Below, piece after piece: positions 28,264-38,760 of a DNA stretch of 64,000 nucleotides. The position numbers and the translations under genes were made by a program. How positions within the stretch are numbered: position 1 is the stretch's first letter; the number at the start of each line of letters is the position of its first letter. Under the pieces are notes generated by a model, which saw only the letters and a list, made by a program, of their open reading frames with translations, did not search any database and was not told the origin of the DNA. Origin of the DNA: Candidatus Undinarchaeales archaeon (GTDB lineage: Archaea; SpSt-1190; JASMDC01); assembly GCA_030753015.1 (NCBI GenBank), contig JASMDC010000011.1, forward strand, positions 28,844 through 92,843, in the 5' to 3' direction.

Positions 28264-29403
28264 GTGGAGAGGATTAGCAACATAATCATTGTAGGAACGG
28301 CGCACGTCTCTGCCGACTCAATCGATGAGGTGCGTTCCGTGATCTCAAAGGAACGTCCTGGTGCTGTCGCCGTGGAACTGGACGAGAAGCGCTACAAGTC
28401 ACTCGTTGAGGGAAAGGACTGGCGGAAGGAGCCCATCGCCGATCTTCTTCGCTCCGACCGGCTCTACATCGCCCTGGCCAACGCGTTGATGCTCGCTTTC
28501 CAGCGAATGGTCGGACAACGTGTCGGCAGCCGCCCGGGGGAGGAGATGCTGGCCGCGATCGAAGCGGCGAAAGAGGTGGACGCCGAGGTAGTGCTCGTGG
28601 ACAGGGACATCACCAAGACCCTTCGCCGGGCTTTGGACGAGATGAGCGTTAGGGAGAAGTACGGTATACTCAAGGAGCTGCTGTCCCCTGACGACGAGGT
28701 TCTCCAGACGGAGGTGGACGAGCTCCTGGAGACCTACAAGGACGCCAATGTCATCTCGGAACTTGTCGACCAGCTGCGTGAATTGTCGCCTGGCGCCCAC
28801 CGCGTGCTCCTGGCAGAACGGGACGCCTACATGGCACGTCGCATCCAGGCCGCGGCGAAGGACCGTTCAGTCGTCGCCGTGGTAGGCGCAGCTCACGCCA
28901 ACGGCATAGCCACTCACTTGCGCACCGAGGAGGAGATCCCGGAGGTCGAGATCGTGGAGCGCCGGCACTGGGGCCGCATGTTCCTGTACGCACTCCCCTT
29001 CATGTTCGTTGCCGTGTTCCTGCTGGCCATGCTCAAGGGAGTGGCCATCGGTCCAGAGCTCGGCCGGTGGGTGCTCATCAACGGTGCGCTTTCGGCACTG
29101 TGCACGCTGCTCGTGCGCGGGAGCATCCCTGCCATCGTCATAGCGTTCCTGGCCGCCCCAATCACGAGCCTCTCACCGTTCCTGGCCGCGGGATGGTTCG
29201 CCGGACTGACGGAGGCATGGTGGCGGCGGTTGACGGTGGAGGACCTGGAGGACCTGACGAAGATCGAGGATATGGACGATCTCATGGCCAATAGCGCCTT
29301 TCGCGTGCTCCTCGTGGGAGCTGCGGCGAACATAGGGAGCACCATAGGGACCTTCGTGAGCATCCCTGCAGTGCTCACTCCCATCCTCACAAAGCTAGGA
29401 TGA
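28264..29403 (+). CDS. TraB/PrgY family protein
   Basis: GTAHVS, VELD..R, PGEEM, ERD.YM and VVGAAH motifs; C-terminal TMs. Confidence 0.92.
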   Translation: MERISNIIIVGTAHVSADSIDEVRSVISKERPGAVAVELDEKRYKSLVEGKDWRKEPIADLLRSDRLYIALANALMLAFQRMVGQRVGSRPGEEMLAAIEAAKEVDAEVVLVDRDITKTLRRALDEMSVREKYGILKELLSPDDEVLQTEVDELLETYKDANVISELVDQLRELSPGAHRVLLAERDAYMARRIQAAAKDRSVVAVVGAAHANGIATHLRTEEEIPEVEIVERRHWGRMFLYALPFMFVAVFLLAMLKGVAIGPELGRWVLINGALSALCTLLVRGSIPAIVIAFLAAPITSLSPFLAAGWFAGLTEAWWRRLTVEDLEDLTKIEDMDDLMANSAFRVLLVGAAANIGSTIGTFVSIPAVLTPILTKLG

Positions 29404-29442
29404 GAGGCGTGCAACCCATCTGGGAAGTTTAATAAAGCCTTA

Positions 29443-30861
29443 GTGGTTATCGGCATCGTGGCACTGCCACTTACGCTGCCAGTCATCCTTCTCTTTATCG
29501 AGTTCGTCGTAGCCATCATCCTTGTGTACTTCGGCAGCGAGTGGGTGGTCGACTCGGCGTCGGCCATGGCGCTCTATCTCGGAGTGTCCTCCGCCTTCAT
29601 CGGCCTCACCCTCATCTCGGTGGGGACATCGATCCCGGAGATCGCCGTTTCGACGACTGCGGCGTTCAAGGGGTATGGCGGAGTGTCCGGTGGCAACATC
29701 ATCGGCTCGGACCTTGTCCAGATCACCCTCATCCTGGGCATCTGTGCCTTCATCCGCCCCATCTTCATGGAGCGGTCCGAGGTACGCCAGGACGGTATCA
29801 TCATGCTCGCGGCCGCGACCCTTGGTATCCTCGCGATGCTCACGGGGACCTGTGCGCACACGCTCCAGTGCGAACCTGGCCCGGATACGTTCAGCTGCAT
29901 CGACCGTAGCGGCGAGTTCACATCCCACCTTGAGTACATCGAGGCCTCCGGAAAGGCAAGATTGATCATGGGACTCGATATGCACGACGCGGAGCTCACC
30001 GTCGTGTGCGAGGGCGACGATCCGCCGGGACAGGACATCCCGTTCAACAAAGATACCCTGTGCATCCCCGAGAAGATCTCGCTCATCGAGGACGAAGTGG
30101 ATTCGGACTCGTGCATGTGCAAGAAAGTGTTCGGGAACGACGGTGACATTACCATCACCTGCAAGAACGTGTTGGTCCGGTACGATACTGAGCTCGACCA
30201 AACGACCGGGACGGTCGAGGTGACCTATCTCGATCCGAGCACCCAACAGCTGTCAAAGGTGAACGCCACCTGTACCTCGAACGCCGCCTCGGCGACCTTC
30301 GACACCGGGTGTGTCACGCGGTTCGAGGGGCTGGGACTTGCCCTGCTCTATATCTGTTACGTGATCTATCTCTACAAGCACTCCACTCCGCCCGAGGAGA
30401 TCCAGCAGTCCAAGATCACCCGGGAGAAGGCCGTGGTGCTCCTGATAGCGGGATTCATCTTTGTGGTGGTGGGGAGCAACATGCTCGTTCGCACGTCCGT
30501 GAACCTAGCCATCATGTTCGGCGTCCCTGCCTTCATCATCGGCATGACGATGGTCGGCTTCGGCACATCGCTGCCCGAGCTGATCATCTCGGCCATGGCC
30601 GCCTATAAAGGGGAGGAGGAGATGAGCCTGGGCAACCTCGTGGGCAGCAATATCACCGATCCGCTCTTTTCCATAGGCTTCGGCGCCTTCATGGGCGGGA
30701 ACATCATCGTCAACTCGGGTCTGGTGCGCAGCAACGGCCTCTACATGCTGATCTGCTCTGCAGTGGCAGTCGCCATAATGTGGCGCACAGGTCGCGTAGG
30801 GCGCAAGGCCGCTTTCCTCCTGTCCGGCCTCTATTTTGTGTACCTGTACTTCCTGTTCTGA
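29443..30861 (+). CDS. Ca2+/Na+ antiporter (CaCA) with a Cys-rich insertion
   Basis: alpha1 GTSIPE..GNIIGS and alpha2 GTSLPE..GNLVGSN repeats. Confidence 0.9.
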   Translation: MVIGIVALPLTLPVILLFIEFVVAIILVYFGSEWVVDSASAMALYLGVSSAFIGLTLISVGTSIPEIAVSTTAAFKGYGGVSGGNIIGSDLVQITLILGICAFIRPIFMERSEVRQDGIIMLAAATLGILAMLTGTCAHTLQCEPGPDTFSCIDRSGEFTSHLEYIEASGKARLIMGLDMHDAELTVVCEGDDPPGQDIPFNKDTLCIPEKISLIEDEVDSDSCMCKKVFGNDGDITITCKNVLVRYDTELDQTTGTVEVTYLDPSTQQLSKVNATCTSNAASATFDTGCVTRFEGLGLALLYICYVIYLYKHSTPPEEIQQSKITREKAVVLLIAGFIFVVVGSNMLVRTSVNLAIMFGVPAFIIGMTMVGFGTSLPELIISAMAAYKGEEEMSLGNLVGSNITDPLFSIGFGAFMGGNIIVNSGLVRSNGLYMLICSAVAVAIMWRTGRVGRKAAFLLSGLYFVYLYFLF

Positions 30862-30901
30862 ACGAGCGGTAGGCGATCCCGTCGTATATATGCTCGTGTC
30901 C

Positions 30902-32113
30902 CTACTCGTCGCCGACCTCGTACCCGCCGACGCGGCGCATCCCGGAGGCCGCGAAAGCCGCGTATCCGGTAGCTGCTCGGATGACCTCGCTAACGGGGAC
31001 ATGCTCGTCAGGGCGATGGGCCAGCGACTCGTCGCCCGGCCCGAATCCCACGGTCGGGATGTTGCGGACACCGGCCGTGTACGCCCCGTCGGTGCTGAAG
31101 TTCCATACGGTCGCTTCCGGTGAGAGCCCGACGGCCTCCAGCGTCCGGAGGCACCCTTGGCCCAGGGCCGAGCCGTCGGGGAGCAGCCAGGCCGGGTAGA
31201 ACGCCTCACCTTCCACCTGGAGCCCTGTGTGGCATCTGAGCTGGTGGTGCCTGAGCTTGGCCAGAGCACCCTCCAGGCCGATGGATTCGATGAGCTCGCT
31301 GTACTGGTCCACAACGTCCTCTGCGGTCTCACCCATCACGGTCCGACGGTCGACCTGTACGGTGCATCGCTCGGGGACCACGGGGCCGTCACCGGGCGAG
31401 CAACCGATACCTACAGCGCACTGAGTGCCTCTGCCAAGGAGGTCGTGAGCGGGCAGCTGGATAGTGTCCAGCCGGTCCAGAACACGTGTCATCCCCATGA
31501 GCGCGTTCTCACCCAGATGCGGCATGCTCGCGTGGGCCGATACGCCAGCTGTCGTTAACGTGACCTCGGCACGGCCCCGGTGACCGATGGCCAGGTCGAG
31601 GCCCGTGGCCTCGCCGAGGATCACGAGGGCGGGCTCGTGGACACGCCCCTCTTCGAGCAGGTGGCGCATGGCAAGGCCCTCGCACGTCTCCTCGTGAACA
31701 ACGAAGCACACGATACGCTCACCAGGTGGCTCGATACCGGCCTTTGCCAGGACGTCGCCCATGAACGCCATGGCTGCCAGCGCGCCCTTCATGTCGACGG
31801 CGCCGCGGCCAAAGACCTGGCCGTCAACGACCGTCCCGCAGAATGGCTCGCACGACCATGCCTCCCTATCTCCAGGAGGGACAGTGTCCATGTGACCATT
31901 GAAGAGGATCGAAGGGCCGTCGCCACCGTCGATCCGGCCCACCACGGAGCCCAGAGGATCGATGAACACCTCATCGAAGGTACGGTCCAAGCGGTCCAGT
32001 AGGAGCTCGGCCACCGCTCCTTCGTCACCTGAGAGGGAGGGGGTCCTCACCAGTCGCTGGCAGAACCTGACGATGTCGTCCTCGACAAGATGGGCGGCCC
32101 TGGCGATGTCCAT
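30902..32113 (-). CDS. M20 metallohydrolase (YgeY/ArgE/DapE-like)
   Basis: GHMDTV, GRGAVDMKG, HEE, GEAT, HAS.P and AHRPDE motifs. Confidence 0.9.
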   Translation of the reverse strand: MDIARAAHLVEDDIVRFCQRLVRTPSLSGDEGAVAELLLDRLDRTFDEVFIDPLGSVVGRIDGGDGPSILFNGHMDTVPPGDREAWSCEPFCGTVVDGQVFGRGAVDMKGALAAMAFMGDVLAKAGIEPPGERIVCFVVHEETCEGLAMRHLLEEGRVHEPALVILGEATGLDLAIGHRGRAEVTLTTAGVSAHASMPHLGENALMGMTRVLDRLDTIQLPAHDLLGRGTQCAVGIGCSPGDGPVVPERCTVQVDRRTVMGETAEDVVDQYSELIESIGLEGALAKLRHHQLRCHTGLQVEGEAFYPAWLLPDGSALGQGCLRTLEAVGLSPEATVWNFSTDGAYTAGVRNIPTVGFGPGDESLAHRPDEHVPVSEVIRAATGYAAFAASGMRRVGGYEVGDE

Positions 32114-32197
32114 GTAGCTCCAGAAGGAGTAAAGGATTATATTGACATCGTACGAGGATAGTCGCCCGGTGCAGAAGATTAATAATCATTGTAACAT

Positions 32198-33271
32198 ATG
32201 GAACAGGGGATTAGGTTGGAACGTCCTTCTACGACAAGCCTCATAGGGATTCTTGTCCTGCTACTATCGATTGGATACTTCTGGAGTACAGATGACGTGA
32301 CGGAAGCCGAACTCGTAGTCCCATCAGATGCTACTCCCGATGTCGACGCTCTTATCATCGACTTGCGCACAGGTGATACAGAGACTCGGTCTCGGGCTGC
32401 ACAAGTGCTCATCAAGCATGGTCCTTTTGCAGTGGACTCTCTCTCAGAAATCATACAGGATGATGATCCTGCAGTCCGACAGTGGATCGCCATCGTCATG
32501 GGAAACATTAACCATCCACGGGCCGTGAAGCTTCTCCTCACCCTCCTCAAGGATGAAAACGCGACCGTTAGGTTCCACACGGTGCTAGCTCTGTCCAGCT
32601 TGAACGATACTCGTGCTATTGCCCCGCTCATAGAGATGCAGATGGACCCTGATCATGAAGTAAGGGTGGTCGTCGCCGAGGCACTCAAGGAGCTGGGCTA
32701 TACCGAGCCCACACCCACGGAGCGCCCCCTAGACGAGCTGTTTGATGATATTAAGGACAAGGAGATCAAGAATAGGGACCTCGCAGCTGCGGAACTTGCC
32801 GCGCAAGGGGAGCGTGCCATTGAACCGCTACTGGTCGAACTGAACGGGACGGACGCGAACGGAAGGGAGATGGCGGCGCGTGTGCTCGGGGAAATCGGCA
32901 ATCCCCGTTCCGTGGACCCGCTCGTTGTAGCCCTTAACGATGAGAGCGACCTGGTCAGGGAGAGCGCAGCGCTCGCACTTGGCGCGGTGAACGATACAAG
33001 GGCCATCCCAGGTCTCATCGCAGCGCTCAATGACACCTCATCATATGTGAGGGAGAACGCGGCCCAATCCCTCGGCCAGATCCATGATTCCAGGGCCGTC
33101 GAACCACTAATAGGATTGCTGAGTGACAGTGATGCTGACGTTCGAGCAGCTGCCGCAAGGAGTCTCGGTGAACTGGGTGACCCGCGCGCTGCAGATCAGC
33201 TTAAGACACTCCTCGAGGACGAGATGGACTATGTGCGCGAGGCTGCCAGGATGGCCCTTGAGACGCTCTAG
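32198..33271 (+). CDS. Membrane-anchored HEAT/PBS-lyase repeat protein
   Basis: N-terminal TM; repeated VR..AA.ALG.I.D.RA. Confidence 0.88.
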   Translation: MEQGIRLERPSTTSLIGILVLLLSIGYFWSTDDVTEAELVVPSDATPDVDALIIDLRTGDTETRSRAAQVLIKHGPFAVDSLSEIIQDDDPAVRQWIAIVMGNINHPRAVKLLLTLLKDENATVRFHTVLALSSLNDTRAIAPLIEMQMDPDHEVRVVVAEALKELGYTEPTPTERPLDELFDDIKDKEIKNRDLAAAELAAQGERAIEPLLVELNGTDANGREMAARVLGEIGNPRSVDPLVVALNDESDLVRESAALALGAVNDTRAIPGLIAALNDTSSYVRENAAQSLGQIHDSRAVEPLIGLLSDSDADVRAAAARSLGELGDPRAADQLKTLLEDEMDYVREAARMALETL

Positions 33272-33308
33272 TCAAATATAGTACTGTTTATATTTTGTAC
33301 ACTCAATA

Positions 33309-33356
33309 AATACGTACTATACGCAATTTTTAATACGTACTAATACATACGTATTA
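33309..33356. promoter_or_regulatory. Three TACGTA-core sites in an AT-rich promoter
   Basis: AATACGTACTA at 33309 and 33332; CATACGTATTA at 33346. Confidence 0.45.
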
Positions 33357-33371
33357 TCAGGGAACAGCCCA

Positions 33372-35939
33372 ATGTCAGCTTCTACGAGGCGCAAGGATGA
33401 TTCCGCTCCCGTGAGAGGACAGGCAGGCCTTGAGTTCTTAGCTACCTACGGGACCATGATCCTCGTAGTGGCAATGGCCGGAGGTGCCATGCACTCCATT
33501 GGATTGTTCAACAGTGAATTATATGAAAGGGGTTCCTGCGTCGGCGGCCATGTCATTCAGTACCGTGACCACGTGTTCGGCGCGAACGGGGAGTTCCGGC
33601 TCCATCTCTTCAACGGAGCTGGGAAGCACATCAACATCACCTCGATCGATGTGGCCTATCCGGAGAAGGATGAGTATCACCAGGGTAACACCGCACTGGA
33701 GCTCGTGGAAGCAGGTCATGGGATAGTAGTCATGCGAAGCTCCTTCAGAGAACTAGAGGAAGGTCGTAGGTACTCGGCTCAAGTGCGTATCAACTTCGAC
33801 GAAGTGCACGGCATGTCGGACCACACAGAGGTCATGGTATGTACAGGACACCTGGTCAAATTTGACAACACGACGACGTTATCACCCTCAGTTTCTCCGA
33901 CCGCCACTCCAACTCCCACACCCACGCCCACTCCCACGCCCACACCCACGCCCACACCCACCCCGGGTCCATCCCCGGGCCCGCTGTGTTGTGGTGACAA
34001 GGACACTCCTGTGCTCTACAACGACATGGGGAACAAACCGGACTGCTCTAACCTCCCCGCGGCGAACAAGACCATCAAGCTCGTGGATAGCGAATGCAAT
34101 CCGTTACCGAACGTTCGGGTGAACCTCCGTCGGTCTAACGGGGGCTATATCACCAACGCACGGACGGACGCGAACGGTGTGGCGGATTTCAGTGGGTACA
34201 GCGGCCGTGCCACCCCTGACTTCTTCGAGATCGATTATAACGGTGCGACCTATCCCACAGCACCGGGCACCTTCGACACAGGTATAGCACTCCAGACGAG
34301 AGAGTATCAGATACAATTCAAGAACCATGAATGCAACCCCATTCCCAACGCTCGAGTGAACTTGCGTCGCTCGAACGGTAGATACGTTACTCGGGCCAAT
34401 ACGGACGCCAACGGTTATGCTGTCTTCGAAGTGGTACCCGAATCCTCTATGCGGTTTGAGGTGAACTACAACGGTGGCACACTGATGACCGATCCGATGC
34501 CTCCGAACATCGACGTCATAGTCAGTGCCAGGGCCTACAGGCTCTACTTACTCAACAGCACTGGTGATCCCATCGAGAATGTCCGTGTGAATCTGCGCCG
34601 GTCCGACAACAGACACCTTCTGTACACACGGACGGATACTGAGGGCATAGCATCCGTGGATGTGCTTCCTGACCTACCTCTGCTCTTCGAGGTGGATTAC
34701 AATGGGGCCACCCACAGGACGAACGTTACAACGACCCACGAGCTCGAGACCGTGCGTACACATGCGTTTGACCTTGAGTTGACGGACAGCGATGACCAGC
34801 CCATTGAGAGCGTACGCGTGAGACTCCGCCGGTCCAACAACAGGAATGTGATGAGCGCGTACACGAACGCCACAGGTATCGCACGATTCCAGGTCCTCCC
34901 TGAGGCACAAATGAAGATGGAGCTTACGTACCACGGTGTGACCCATCAAACAGAACCCACTACGGTCAGCGAGGATACCCAGCTCTCCGTCCAGACCTTG
35001 GCCTTCGCCTTGAACGTAACTAACAGCACTGGTTATCCCATCGAGAACGTCAGAGTGAACCTCCGCCGATCAAATAACAGGAATGTAATGAACGTACGTA
35101 CCAACGCCTCGGGCATCGCGAAATTCGAGGTGTTACCGGGCGCTCAGATGCGGTTCCAGCTGGACTACAACGGTGGGACGTACACTACGAACGTCACGAC
35201 AGTGACCGAGAACACGATGCTTGCTCTCCAGACATTGGCCTTTGCCTTAAGCATTTCTGACAGTACTGGTGCTCCCATCGAGAACGTCAGAGTGTACCTC
35301 CGCCGATTAAATAACAGGAATGTGAAGAACTCACGCACCAATGCATCGGGCATCGTATCATTTGAGGTTTTACCGGGCACTCAGATGCGATTTATGGTGG
35401 ACTACAACCGTGAGAGGTACACCACGAACGTCACGACAGTGAGCGCGAACACGCTACTTACTCTCCAGACCTTGGCTTTTGCCTTGAGCGTTACTGACAG
35501 TACTGGTGCTCCCATCGAGAATGCCAGAGTGAACCTCCGCCAATCAAATAACAGGTATGTAAGGTATTCACGCACCAACGTCTCGGGCATCGCATCATTC
35601 GAGGTCTTACCGGATGTTCAAATGAGACTTGAGTTGGACTACAACCGAGGTAAATACACTACGAACGTCACGACAGTGAGTGAGAACACGTTGTTAAACA
35701 TCCAGACCCAGCCTCTAACAGCACACCTCACGTCCTCTGGTGTCGACCTCATAAATCATCGGGTAGATCTGCTCCGTTCGAATGGGGGCTATGTGAAGAA
35801 CCTGAGAACGAGCACTGATGGACGGGCCACCTTCGAGGTCGTACCGGGTGCGATGCACCGACTACGCTCAACATACAACCGTGTTACCTGGAGGACCGAC
35901 CCGATGGAGGGGCCGGCAGAGGTGGAACACGACTTCTAA
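33372..35939 (+). CDS. Class III signal peptide (pilin-like) protein with PT linker and 8 tandem ~80-aa Ig/transthyretin-like repeats
   Basis: RG|QAGLEF then hydrophobic stretch; (TP)n; repeated P.ENVRVNLRRSN. Confidence 0.85.
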   Translation: MSASTRRKDDSAPVRGQAGLEFLATYGTMILVVAMAGGAMHSIGLFNSELYERGSCVGGHVIQYRDHVFGANGEFRLHLFNGAGKHINITSIDVAYPEKDEYHQGNTALELVEAGHGIVVMRSSFRELEEGRRYSAQVRINFDEVHGMSDHTEVMVCTGHLVKFDNTTTLSPSVSPTATPTPTPTPTPTPTPTPTPTPGPSPGPLCCGDKDTPVLYNDMGNKPDCSNLPAANKTIKLVDSECNPLPNVRVNLRRSNGGYITNARTDANGVADFSGYSGRATPDFFEIDYNGATYPTAPGTFDTGIALQTREYQIQFKNHECNPIPNARVNLRRSNGRYVTRANTDANGYAVFEVVPESSMRFEVNYNGGTLMTDPMPPNIDVIVSARAYRLYLLNSTGDPIENVRVNLRRSDNRHLLYTRTDTEGIASVDVLPDLPLLFEVDYNGATHRTNVTTTHELETVRTHAFDLELTDSDDQPIESVRVRLRRSNNRNVMSAYTNATGIARFQVLPEAQMKMELTYHGVTHQTEPTTVSEDTQLSVQTLAFALNVTNSTGYPIENVRVNLRRSNNRNVMNVRTNASGIAKFEVLPGAQMRFQLDYNGGTYTTNVTTVTENTMLALQTLAFALSISDSTGAPIENVRVYLRRLNNRNVKNSRTNASGIVSFEVLPGTQMRFMVDYNRERYTTNVTTVSANTLLTLQTLAFALSVTDSTGAPIENARVNLRQSNNRYVRYSRTNVSGIASFEVLPDVQMRLELDYNRGKYTTNVTTVSENTLLNIQTQPLTAHLTSSGVDLINHRVDLLRSNGGYVKNLRTSTDGRATFEVVPGAMHRLRSTYNRVTWRTDPMEGPAEVEHDF

Positions 35940-36030
35940 TCAGTGGTCACCGTTGGTCAAGGCGATCCGAAGTCAGCGCTCACGCTATCCCGAGTGGAAA
36001 ATAGAAAAGAAAAGGCAGGGGGCTGGAGGA

Positions 36031-36627
36031 TTACTCCAGGTCCCCATACCGCTCGTTCAGCTTGTCGATCAGGTTCGTGAGCTTCTCGAGCTCGCCGCTG
36101 AACTTGTCGGCGCTCTGTTCGATGCTCTTGGCTATGTTGCCCGCCTGATCGCTGATGTGCAGCAGTCCCTCGGCAAATAGGTAGCCGGAGGGCTGATGCT
36201 CGTAGACCTTTGCCAGCCCGTCTCCGATGCCCGTGAAGGTCTCGGCGAAACTCTCCATCCCGGCGTCGCGCACCTTTCCGCTGAGCTTGTCGAAGGCGTC
36301 GCGGGTCTGATTGGCGTACTCATCCATCAATGCGTCGACTCCCTCGCTGCCGTACTTCTGCTTCAGCCCGAAGCTCATGAAGGTGGTGACATCGCCAGTG
36401 TTCTTCAAGGCATTGTACACAGTGGACGCGTCGTTACCATGAAGCTCCTTGAGATAGTCCTTGGCACCTGTATGCCATTCCATCTCCTCCAACTTGTCCC
36501 ATGGTGGGCGTCCCTGGAGGATCGGCTGGTTGTACTTGTCCAGCACGCCCATGTAGGCATCGATCTCTTCCTTCATTCCGCCTATATCATAACTGGGGGC
36601 ATCGCCCTCGTTTGGGAGCTCGATCAT
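36031..36627 (-). CDS. Acidic orphan helical protein
   Basis: AGGTGA SD before MIELP; TATA upstream. Confidence 0.7.
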   Translation of the reverse strand: MIELPNEGDAPSYDIGGMKEEIDAYMGVLDKYNQPILQGRPPWDKLEEMEWHTGAKDYLKELHGNDASTVYNALKNTGDVTTFMSFGLKQKYGSEGVDALMDEYANQTRDAFDKLSGKVRDAGMESFAETFTGIGDGLAKVYEHQPSGYLFAEGLLHISDQAGNIAKSIEQSADKFSGELEKLTNLIDKLNERYGDLE

Positions 36628-36727
36628 GTTTATCACCTGTGTACCATTAGTCCTTGAATGAAGAAAACGGCAGGACAGGGGGTATATATATCTTTTGGAT
36701 TGGGTGTCACTTATAAGGGGTGACGTG

Positions 36728-38248
36728 TCAATCCTCGGCGTCCTCATCAGCTGAAACACCCTTCCCGGATAAGGGATCGATGAACTCCCTGACGACTGTC
36801 CGGTCATCGTCTGTCACGCACAGGTACATGAAGGCCGGAATGTAGACGAGGAAGCCCACGGCAGCGCGGGCCGCTATGGCGGGGACGGGCGATGTCACCG
36901 GTACCGACCGCATGGCAGCGAACGCGACCAGTGCAAGTATGCAGCTTGTTGGGATCCCCGCGAAAGAAGGTCGTCCGACCTCTTTCCCGAGTAGGCGGAT
37001 GTAGAGGGCGACTGCACCCCCTGCGGCCACGAGTCGTGCGATGGCAGCACCGGTGGCGCTCAGCTCGGGGACCAGCACGAGGTCCAGGCCGACGAGGAGC
37101 GAGAGGTAGGCAAGGTTGATGCGCAGCACATCCCGGGACCTCCCGAGGCCGCCGGCCATCTGGAAGAAGAGGAGGGTGAGCATCTGGAAGAGCACGGCGA
37201 AGGCGAGGACCGCTGTCAAGCGGGCCATCTCCGGGAGGTAGGGCCCGTATCGCTGGGCGTAGAGATATGTCACCAGAGGATCCGCGATCCCTGCGACCAG
37301 CAGGGCGACGGGGAGGAAGGCGAACCATGGGTAGCGGACCAGGGCGCCGAACAGCCGCTTGAGCCGACGTTCGTCTCCCCCGGACGAGAGACCGGCGGCC
37401 AGTGGCATGATGAGAGGCGCGACAAAGAAGGAGAGGTTCGCCAGGCTGATGGTGAAGGGGAAGCATGCCTGGTAGGCACCGACAACCGCCTTGCCAGCGA
37501 TGCGTGTGATGATGGCTGTGTCCACCAGCTCAGAGACCGTGACGAACATGTTGGAGATCCCCAGGGGGATGGCGAAGGTGCTGAGCCGTTTGATCGAATC
37601 CGATGAAGGCATCACGGGGCGGATCCCGCCAGCGTTCCTCGAGACAAGGAAAAGGCCTGCCACGGTGCTGACGACGAAGCTGGCGATGACCGCGGCGATG
37701 ACACCGCGTAGACCCATGCCCATGGAGAGGAGGGCCACGGCGATCACGAGCTGGACGAGCGTGCTCAATGCCCGTACCATCCCTTCCTGATCCTGGCGCT
37801 GGAATCCGCGCAGGGCGTAGAACGTGGCGTCGAACAGAGCGAATAGAGGGATGGCGAGCGCGAACAGGGCGATGGTGGACGCGAGCTCGGGATCGCTGTA
37901 CACAGCGGTCGCCACATAGTCGGAGGCTAGGAAGAGGCCTACACCGGCGATACCGCCGGTGACGATGACGAGGGCAAGACACCCCGAGAGCGTTTCGGAC
38001 ACCGCCTCGCTGTCCTCCTGCTCCTTGTGCTCCGCGATGAACCGGGTGAGGGCGAAGGGGTAGCCAAGCTGGGAGACGAAGGCGATGAACGAGCACAGTC
38101 CGAGCCCGATGGCGAACGCTCCGTTGTGCGCCGGCCCGAGCCATCCTGCCACCGTGACCTTGAAGATGAAGGAGAAGACGAAGCTGGCGACAAGGAACGC
38201 CCAATACCGTAGGGCGAGCGCGGACAGCCTGTCGAGCACTTTGCCCAT
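36728..38248 (-). CDS. Oligosaccharide flippase (MOP/Wzx family)
   Basis: About 14 TM helices; LGP..G, RG.Q and GAAIA patterns. Confidence 0.85.
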   Translation of the reverse strand: MGKVLDRLSALALRYWAFLVASFVFSFIFKVTVAGWLGPAHNGAFAIGLGLCSFIAFVSQLGYPFALTRFIAEHKEQEDSEAVSETLSGCLALVIVTGGIAGVGLFLASDYVATAVYSDPELASTIALFALAIPLFALFDATFYALRGFQRQDQEGMVRALSTLVQLVIAVALLSMGMGLRGVIAAVIASFVVSTVAGLFLVSRNAGGIRPVMPSSDSIKRLSTFAIPLGISNMFVTVSELVDTAIITRIAGKAVVGAYQACFPFTISLANLSFFVAPLIMPLAAGLSSGGDERRLKRLFGALVRYPWFAFLPVALLVAGIADPLVTYLYAQRYGPYLPEMARLTAVLAFAVLFQMLTLLFFQMAGGLGRSRDVLRINLAYLSLLVGLDLVLVPELSATGAAIARLVAAGGAVALYIRLLGKEVGRPSFAGIPTSCILALVAFAAMRSVPVTSPVPAIAARAAVGFLVYIPAFMYLCVTDDDRTVVREFIDPLSGKGVSADEDAED

Positions 38249-38301
38249 CGCGGACGCGTCCGTCCGTAGCTTTATATGTGTTCAGCACCTTCCCGCATTC
38301 G

Positions 38302-38760
38302 ATGAAGGACGGGGGCTGGGAGGCCATCGAGGAGGAACTCATCTCCCTCGAGCTGAAGCTCCAGCATACGAGGCCCTTCGAAGTCACAGTCGATGAGGAC
38401 GAGGATGTCCATATCAATGAGGTCCTTGACGCCAGCGTGTGGATCCAGCGCCTCTTCGTGGACGAGGTCCGTCTCATGCTCTTCATCTACCTCCACCCGC
38501 GAGCGACCCTCAACGACCTGTACCGAGGCGTGGAGCTCGACAACCAGCGCCTTCGCCTCATATTACGAAGGGTGAAACCGCTACTCAAGGATGATGACGG
38601 GCACTACTCCGTGGACGTCGAGGTGCTCCAAGGCACGGAACTGTGGGACCTGCTCCAGCTCCTCGAGGGCTACTACTTCAACGTCAAGCGGCGTTTCCAC
38701 CACCGGGAGCTGGTGGAGCGAAGGAACAAAGCGCGCCGGTCCTGGCGGGACCGCGGTTAA
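38302..38760 (+). CDS. Hypothetical protein, possibly winged-helix
   Basis: Coding-like ORF; HPRATLNDLYRG..RLRLIL..GHYSV. Confidence 0.55.
   Translation: MKDGGWEAIEEELISLELKLQHTRPFEVTVDEDEDVHINEVLDASVWIQRLFVDEVRLMLFIYLHPRATLNDLYRGVELDNQRLRLILRRVKPLLKDDDGHYSVDVEVLQGTELWDLLQLLEGYYFNVKRRFHHRELVERRNKARRSWRDRG

Noticed and set aside
33900-33965. Hexamer tandem repeat as a phase-variation tract
   Set aside because: It encodes an ordinary in-frame Thr-Pro linker with varied codons
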